This document shows, one piece after another, positions 58,037 to 64,000 of a DNA stretch of 64,000 bases. The position numbers were made by a program, and so were the translations under genes. The stretch is from positions 6,785 to 70,784 of the forward strand of contig JAUJOR010000016.1 of the NCBI GenBank assembly GCA_030447525.1, read 5' to 3'. The DNA is from Chloroflexota bacterium (GTDB lineage: Bacteria > Chloroflexota > UBA11872 > UBA12225). Every line of letters starts with the position of its first letter. Within the stretch, counting starts at the first letter, position 1. The notes under the pieces are model-generated. The model saw only the letters and a list, made by a program, of their open reading frames with translations, made no database searches and had not been told where the DNA came from.

Positions 58037-58514
58037 GATTTCCCTCTTGTACGAAGCAAGATGAGATGCACAATTCATGCCACGTCCAGAGAATGGGGCG
58101 TTGTCAAGAGGTCAGAGCCAGGAGTGGGAGCTGGATGTAACCCCCAGGACACCACTTCAGGCGCGCGAGAGCGGGCGTAGCCTTGGCTCGGGGGCAATCA
58201 CCGGCACGCCGGCCCGGCGACCGCCCTCGGTGACGATCGACGTCCGGGGGACCTGCGTCACCTCGCACGTGCCGGTGGCGTATTCAAGACGGTGATGATC
58301 TTCTACGCCTCGTTGGCGTCAAATGACGGACGATGGATATTGAGGACGAGGGCGGGGCGTGGCGAACAGGCATTGTCGAAGAGGATGGGTCCCGCGCCGG
58401 ACCCCTGGTTGGCATCAAGCAAACCTTCCTAAGGCGCTCTCAACCGGACGTCCCTACAAGCGGGTGAGTTCTCATGGGTGTCGCCGTTGCGGAGCGTCAG
58501 GCGAGCTCGGCATC

Positions 58515-58897
58515 TGGACGCTGCCGACACGGTCCTCCATTGTTACCGCTGTTACCGCCGGCCGTAAACTGGCAGCGGCTCAGGCGTGGTGCTGGGCGCG
58601 GGGGGCGTAGTGACGAGCCACCACGTCGTAGATGGAGCCACCCGCCTTACGGTGCGCTTCCCCGACCAACGCAGCTCGCCTGCCCAGGTGGTGCGTGTCG
58701 ACCGCCGCCGCGATCTGGCCCTCCTCGCCGTGGAGACGAACGAGGTCCCCGCATCTCTAGGCGACACCGGGACGCTGCAACCGGGAGTTCCGCTCCTGGC
58801 CGCAGGCTACCCTCTATCCTCGACCATCGGTAGTCGCACCGCCTCTGTCACGCGGGGGTCATTCTCCAGCCTGTGGCGCTCCCCTCACGTTTGTTGA
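58515..58897 (+). pseudogene. Frameshifted, truncated trypsin-like (HtrA/S1C) serine protease
   Basis: GSGSGVV...VTSHHVV (catalytic His), DLALL (Asp), AGYPL, SVTRG; frameshift near 58566; stops before any GNSGG motif. Left boundary approximate. Confidence 0.75.
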
Positions 58898-59146
58898 AAC
58901 TGAGCGCGCCCTCCTGGCACCAGGCGTTCAACGCACCGACGACGCGGTGTGGAAGCAACTCGAGGCGCAGGGCAACCTGGCCGGCGCCAGGTTCGACTCC
59001 TTTAAGGCCCGCTACGAGACCGTCAGACGGGGATGAACCGGGTCGAGGCCGGTTCATAGCCGATGGTCGTCAGACCGGCCGTCTCAAGTAGCGGAGACCC
59101 CCGGGGAACTCTTTGTCCGGGCGCTGCTCGATCTGCTGCTGGCGGG

Positions 59147-59219
59147 TGACCCCCCCGGGACTCGAACCCGGAACCAAGTGATTAAGAGTCACTTGCTCTG
59201 CCAATTGAGCTAGAGGGCC
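59147..59219 (-). tRNA. tRNA-Lys (anticodon CTT)
   Basis: Minus strand GGCCCTCTAGCTCAATTGGCAGAGCAAGTGACTCTTAATCACTTGGTTCCGGGTTCGAGTCCCGGGGGGGTCA; cloverleaf; CCA not encoded. Confidence 0.96.
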
Positions 59220-59401
59220 TTCCACGGTCACGTCGCTAGCGGGATGATGACCACAGCATAGCGCCGCTACATCGGCGGCCGTGACACAGGAATAGTAGCA
59301 CAACGGAACACCCGGCGAGGCGCCCGTGGCGCCTCGCATACTAGGGCAAGGGATGGGGACTTCTGAGGGTGCTGCTGTCTTGGCGCCGGCTCAGCGCCGG
59401 G

Positions 59402-59887
59402 CTACCACTGCAGGGAGTCGCGCCCGCGCCGCCCGGGACGGCCGCCCCCGCGGGTGAAACGGGAGAGGAGCCGGCGCCACCACACGCGCAGGGCGTGCAT
59501 GGGACCACCCTGTCGTGGCAAGTGGATCACCTGTCCACGCCAGCGAGTTTCCCCGGAGGTGGTACCAAGGCCCCGGCTGAAGGAGCCACCACGCACCAGC
59601 ATGATCAGGGCGACGACGAAGAGGACGATGCTGGCGAGGGAGATGTACCCTGCCATGGCGACGATCCAGGGGGAACTGACCGCCCATGGCCCCCGCAGGA
59701 TCCAGGCGGAAAGCATCAAGATGAGGGCGCCGCCCATGATGCGGTGGGCGTCAAGGTGGGCCAGAGGGCGTCCCGTTCCCGTACCCAGGGAAGGGAACCT
59801 CCAGCGCCGCCGTCGGCGCTGCTCGCCGGGGAACTCGTTCATCCCCCGCAAGAGGTCGCGTATCTCGTCTTCGTAGCGCTTCGGCAC
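59402..59887 (-). CDS. Hypothetical membrane protein (2 TM)
   Basis: (M)PKRYEDEIRDLL...two TMs...WRGQVI; start at GTG 59887 inferred. Confidence 0.7.
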   Translation of the reverse strand: MPKRYEDEIRDLLRGMNEFPGEQRRRRRWRFPSLGTGTGRPLAHLDAHRIMGGALILMLSAWILRGPWAVSSPWIVAMAGYISLASIVLFVVALIMLVRGGSFSRGLGTTSGETRWRGQVIHLPRQGGPMHALRVWWRRLLSRFTRGGGRPGRRGRDSLQW

Positions 59888-59955
59888 CTTCGCCAGCCCT
59901 CTGACATTGTACCACCGGCTGCCGGGCGCGGGTGGCGTGGAGGGGCCAGGGAGCG

Positions 59956-60190
59956 TTACCGGCGCACGGCCACCAGATCCTGGTCGTGGAGCAGGACGAG
60001 CTTTTCGCGCTCCCGTGGCTCTGGCTCCCGTGGCTCTGGCTGCAGCCCCTGCGCCCGGCGCCACGGGGTGACGAGGTGCCAGCGGGCGACGCCGAGGTCG
60101 ATGTGGTCCCAGGGGAGGATCTCGCGCACGTCGCGCTCCCGAGACGTATAGCTGGTCTCTGGCCGAGACAGCGCCGGATCGAGCCCTGAC
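59956..60190 (-). pseudogene. 3' remnant of a TIGR03960-like B12-binding radical SAM gene
   Basis: Own translation: SGLDPA...YTSRERDVREILPWDHIDLGVARWHL...RR*; in-frame stop at 60244-60246 and no start upstream of the motif. Confidence 0.6.
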
Positions 60191-60220
60191 CGCGTGAGTG
60201 AAATGAGTCCAGGAGCGTCA

Positions 60221-60250
60221 TTGACATTCTCCCAGGGCCGACACTACAAT
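60221..60250 (+). promoter_or_regulatory. sigma70 promoter of the ileS leader
   Basis: TTGACA-N18-TACAAT. Confidence 0.8.
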
Positions 60251-60257
60251 CGCAACC

Positions 60258-60628
60258 AGCGGCGCAGACGGAAACGAGTACGCCGGTGGGGCGCTTCCAG
60301 AGAGTTCGGGGTGACGCGCAAGGGCGCACGGCACACGCCTGTGATGTGGCGTGGCGGCACGTCGGGCGCCGTCCGAGGGTGAGACCGAACAGCGTCCGGC
60401 GGTGGAAGATCCTTCCCGAGCCGCCTCCTGAACGTCGTCCCAGGCTGCACAACCGGGACGGCAAGTAGACGAGGCCGGGCTGGCCCCCCGTTACCGGGGC
60501 ACGGATGTGATGGCATCCGGTGGAGTGAGCCGGTGCGTGCCCCCACTTGTGGGGGCACGCGCAACGGCTAAGTGGGGTGGTACCGCGGGGTTGGCAGAAC
60601 CTCGTCCCCAGTGGGGACGGGGTTTTTT
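60258..60628 (+). ncRNA. T-box riboswitch (Ile, specifier AUC) with intrinsic terminator
   Basis: AGTA, AGAGA bulge, GGTGAGA distal loop, specifier GAAG-ATC (60409-60411), stem II GAA/AGTA, CCGTTA, T-box GGGTGGTACCGCG, terminator CCTCGTCCCCA-G-TGGGGACGGGG-TTTTTT. Confidence 0.93.
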
Positions 60629-60748
60629 GTTGCTGTTTTTGGTGCAGGAGAGGCGGACGCCTCACCCTCGGCAGGGCAGGGACCAGGGCGTGCCGGGCTG
60701 GCACCGGGGCGGGGGACTGGATCACTTGGAGCGGTTGGAGAGGGATAG

Positions 60749-63700
60749 ATGTTTAGGGAAGTAGCGGCCGGCGTGGACTTTCCTGCGCTGGAGCGTGACG
60801 TGCTGGGCTTCTGGAAGGAGCACCGAGCGTTCGACACGCGGGTGGCCAAGAACCGCGGCAAGGCCCGCTGGTCGTTCATCGACGGGCCGATCACGGCCAA
60901 CGGCCCAATGGGCGTGCACCACGCCTGGGGCCGCACGTACAAGGACCTGTTCCAGCGCTACAAGGCGATGCAGGGCTACGACCTGCGCTACCAGAACGGC
61001 TTCGACTGCCAGGGCCTGTGGGTCGAGGTGGAGGTGGAGAAGGAGCTGGGCTTCAAGTCCAAGCGGGATATCGAAGCCTATGGGATCGCCCGGTTCGTCG
61101 AGGCGTGCAAGGAGCGGGTGCTGCGCTTCGCCCAGATGCAGACCCAGCAGTCCGTCCGCCTGGGGTACTGGATGGACTGGGACAACTCCTATTACACCAT
61201 GTCCGACGAGAACAACTACACCATCTGGCACTTCCTCAAGAGGTGCCACGAGCGGGGGCTGATCTACCGCGGGCACGACGCCATGCCGTGGTGCCCGCGG
61301 TGCTCCACCGGTATCTCGCAGCACGAGATCGCCACGGAGGGCTACGAAGAGGTCACCCATACGGCCGTGTTCCTCAAGCTCCCGCTCCTGGATCGCCCCG
61401 GGGAGTCGCTCATGGTGTGGACGACGACGCCTTGGACGCTGGCGGCGAACGTCGCCGCCGAGGTGCACCCGGAGCTGACGTACGTGAAGGTACGCCAGGG
61501 TGAGAACGTCTTCTACGTGTCCAAGGGCGCCCTGCCAAACGCCGTGCGGGGGACGCACCAGGTGCTGGAGGAGCTGCCCGGAAGCAGCCTGGAGGGCTGG
61601 CGCTTCCGCGGGCCGTTCGACGAGCTGCCGGCGGTGCAGCGTGCTGGGGCAGCTGAGGCGCACCGCGTCATCCTCGGCAAGGACGTTTCCGAGGACGAAG
61701 GGACCGGCATCGTCCACATTGCCCCAGGATGCGGCAAAGAAGACTTCCAGCTGGGTCGGGAGTACAGCCTCCCGGCCATCGCCCCGCTGGACGAGTTCGG
61801 CGTCTACGTGGAGGGTTTCGGCTTCCTCAGCGGCCAGGAGGCCGAGGCGGTGCCGGCCGCCGTTGTCCAGGCCCTGGAGGAGAAGGGGCTGCTCTACCGC
61901 GCTGAGCCGTACACGCACCGCTACCCCGTGTGCTGGCGGTGCCACACGCAGCTCGTCTTCCGGCTGGTGGACGAGTGGTTTATCAGCATGGACGGTCCCA
62001 AGACAGAGGAGGCCCGCCGGCGTACCGCCGATCAAGAGCGACCGCCCCTGCGAGATCAGATCATGGCGGTGGTCAAGAAGGCCCGCTGGATGCCTGCCTG
62101 GGGGCAAGAACGCGAGCTGGACTGGCTGCGCAACATGGGCGACTGGATGATCTCCAAGAAGCGCTACTGGGGCCTGGCCCTGCCCATCTGGACGTGCGAG
62201 GCCTGCAGCTGGTTCGACGTGGTTGCGGGCGAGGACGAGCTACGGGATCGAGCCACCGCCGGCTGGGACGAGTTCGCCGGGCACTCGCCACACCGGCCCT
62301 GGATTGATGCGGTGACGATCCCCTGCCCGCGGTGCGGCGCCCAGGCCAGCCGCATCCCAGATGTGGGCAATCCCTGGCTGGACGCGGGAAGCGTCCCCTA
62401 CTCCACGCTGGGCTACCGCCGTGACCGGTCCTACTGGGCGCAATGGTTCCCGGCGGACTTCATCACCGAGAGCTTTCCCGGTCAGTTCCGTAACTGGTTC
62501 TACTCCCTGTTGACCATGAGCACAGTGCTGGAGGACCGGGAGCCATTCCGCGCCGTGCTCGGCTATGGGACGGTGCGAGACGAGCGCGGCCGGGAGATGC
62601 ACAAGAGCTGGGGCAACTCCATCGAGTTCAACGAGGCCGCCGAGCGCATCGGGGCCAGTGTGATGCGCTGGATGTTCGCGGCGGCGAATCCCGAGACGAA
62701 CCTGAACTTCGGCTACACCCTGGCTGATGAGGTCAAGCGCCGGCTCCTGACCCTGTGGAATGTGTACGCCTTTTTCGCGAACTATGCCCGGCTGGATGGC
62801 TTCGACCCCACCACGGTGACGGTCGACGTGGCCCGGCGCCCGGCGCTCGACCGCTGGATCCTGGGCGAGCTGCACGCCCTGGTGGACGTGACTACCAAGC
62901 GCTACGACGACTTCGACGCCATGACCGTTACCCGCCGGATGGAGGGCTTCATCGACGACCTGTCCAACTGGTACATCCGCCGGGGCCGGGCGCGCTACTG
63001 GAAGAACGAGGCCGACGCGGATAAGACGGCGGCCTACGTGACTCTGTGGGAGGTGCTGGTCACCCTGTCCAAGCTCCTGGCGCCGAGCATGCCGTTCCTG
63101 GCCGAGACGATGTACCAGAACCTCGTCCGGGCGGTGGACCCCGAGGCGCCACTATCCGTGCACCACTGCGAGTGGCCCAAGGCCGACCTCACGTTGCTCG
63201 ATCCCCAGCTCCGCGCGGCCATGTCCCTGGTGCGACAGATCGTTGGCCTGGGGCGCGCCGCCCGCAACAACAAAGCGAAGATCAAGGTGCGCCAGCCCCT
63301 CCCGGCGTTGCTCGTCCGAGTCAAGGGGCCGGCCGAGCGCGAGGCCCTGCAGTCCCTGACCGACCAGGTACTGGAGGAGCTGAACGTGAAGCGCCTGGAG
63401 CTCGTGGACGACGCCTCGCAGTTCGTCACCTACCGGGTGAAGCCTAACTTCAAGCTCCTGGGTCCCTTGTTCGGCCCGCGGGTGAATGCCGTCGCCAAGG
63501 CCCTGCAGAGCGCCAATCCGGCTCAACTGGCCGGCCACCACGCCGCCGGCGAGCCGGTGACGGTCGTGGTCGACGGACTGGAGCTGGAGGTACCCGCCGA
63601 GGACTACGACGTGGAGGTTCTAGACGCCCCGGGGTACGCCGTGGTCGACGAAGGGGGCTACCTCGTGGCCCTAGACACTCGCTTGAGCCCGGAGCTCGTC

Positions 63701-63976
63701 CAAGAAGGCCTGGCGCGCGAGCTTGTCCACCGCCTCAACGCCATGCGTAAGGACGCCGGGTTCCGCGTAGACGATCGTATCGTCACCTACTATCAGGCCG
63801 CCGGGGAGCTGGCCGAGGTCTTCGAGCGCTTCGGGGACTACATCCGCCAGGAGACGCTTTCGCTGCGTCTGCAGGCGGGGGAACAGTCGGCCGGAGCTGA
63901 CGGCACGGTTCAGGCGCAGGAGGTCCGGCTAGACGGGCACCTGGTCACCCTACGGGTGGAGCGCGCCACGGCCTGA
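60749..63976 (+). CDS. ileS: Isoleucine--tRNA ligase, type 2 (archaeal/eukaryote-like IleRS2)
   Basis: DGPITANG, WTTTPWTL, GTGIVH, YPVCWRC, DWMISKKRYWG, LSNWYIRR, EGLARELV C-terminus; Ile T-box upstream. Confidence 0.97.
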   Translation: MFREVAAGVDFPALERDVLGFWKEHRAFDTRVAKNRGKARWSFIDGPITANGPMGVHHAWGRTYKDLFQRYKAMQGYDLRYQNGFDCQGLWVEVEVEKELGFKSKRDIEAYGIARFVEACKERVLRFAQMQTQQSVRLGYWMDWDNSYYTMSDENNYTIWHFLKRCHERGLIYRGHDAMPWCPRCSTGISQHEIATEGYEEVTHTAVFLKLPLLDRPGESLMVWTTTPWTLAANVAAEVHPELTYVKVRQGENVFYVSKGALPNAVRGTHQVLEELPGSSLEGWRFRGPFDELPAVQRAGAAEAHRVILGKDVSEDEGTGIVHIAPGCGKEDFQLGREYSLPAIAPLDEFGVYVEGFGFLSGQEAEAVPAAVVQALEEKGLLYRAEPYTHRYPVCWRCHTQLVFRLVDEWFISMDGPKTEEARRRTADQERPPLRDQIMAVVKKARWMPAWGQERELDWLRNMGDWMISKKRYWGLALPIWTCEACSWFDVVAGEDELRDRATAGWDEFAGHSPHRPWIDAVTIPCPRCGAQASRIPDVGNPWLDAGSVPYSTLGYRRDRSYWAQWFPADFITESFPGQFRNWFYSLLTMSTVLEDREPFRAVLGYGTVRDERGREMHKSWGNSIEFNEAAERIGASVMRWMFAAANPETNLNFGYTLADEVKRRLLTLWNVYAFFANYARLDGFDPTTVTVDVARRPALDRWILGELHALVDVTTKRYDDFDAMTVTRRMEGFIDDLSNWYIRRGRARYWKNEADADKTAAYVTLWEVLVTLSKLLAPSMPFLAETMYQNLVRAVDPEAPLSVHHCEWPKADLTLLDPQLRAAMSLVRQIVGLGRAARNNKAKIKVRQPLPALLVRVKGPAEREALQSLTDQVLEELNVKRLELVDDASQFVTYRVKPNFKLLGPLFGPRVNAVAKALQSANPAQLAGHHAAGEPVTVVVDGLELEVPAEDYDVEVLDAPGYAVVDEGGYLVALDTRLSPELVQEGLARELVHRLNAMRKDAGFRVDDRIVTYYQAAGELAEVFERFGDYIRQETLSLRLQAGEQSAGADGTVQAQEVRLDGHLVTLRVERATA

Positions 63977-64000
63977 GGCGCCGGGTGTCCAGGATCGGCG

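Noticed and set aside
58986-59015. CCAGGTTCGACTCC resembling a tRNA T-arm or att site
   Set aside because: No acceptor stem or cloverleaf, does not match the neighbouring tRNA-Lys 3' end, and lies in a protein-like reading frame
1-64000. CRISPR array
   Set aside because: No series of equal-length repeats with unique spacers was seen; only two-copy tandem repeats

Overview
High-GC bacterial chromosome segment, most likely Chloroflexota (inferred from gene content and order). Most of it is core housekeeping: rlmN-rpe, rpmB, DAK2-recG-rsmD-coaD-sepIVA-like-yceD-rpmF-fabD-fabG-accC-nusB-ACP-tatC, rluA family, lspA, dksA-like, lepB, rsmG, glpK, recF/dciA, murD, rph, dcd, tRNA-Lys and a T-box-controlled ileS. 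Accessory parts are a BcsA-like GT2 plus hybrid kinase pair at the left end and an 8-gene carbohydrate-uptake-like operon at 44.5-56.8 kb. That operon encodes a giant multi-domain solute-binding protein, 4 permeases, an NHL/TPR protein, a YIP1 protein and a DUF5696-like protein, with no ATPase or hydrolase. Other highlights: two copies of a 169-bp MITE with ISAs1-type CAGGG ends, 8-9 bp target duplications and an internal REP-like doublet; an ACP whose phosphopantetheine Ser is replaced by His; an FtsH-like protease with a duplicated, degenerate M41 domain; an IleRS2 with GVHH/EMHKS motifs; a T-box with a large distal-loop insertion; and several gene remnants around tRNA-Lys. No CRISPR array, rRNA or intact transposase/integrase was seen. 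All family assignments come from motif recognition, not database searches.
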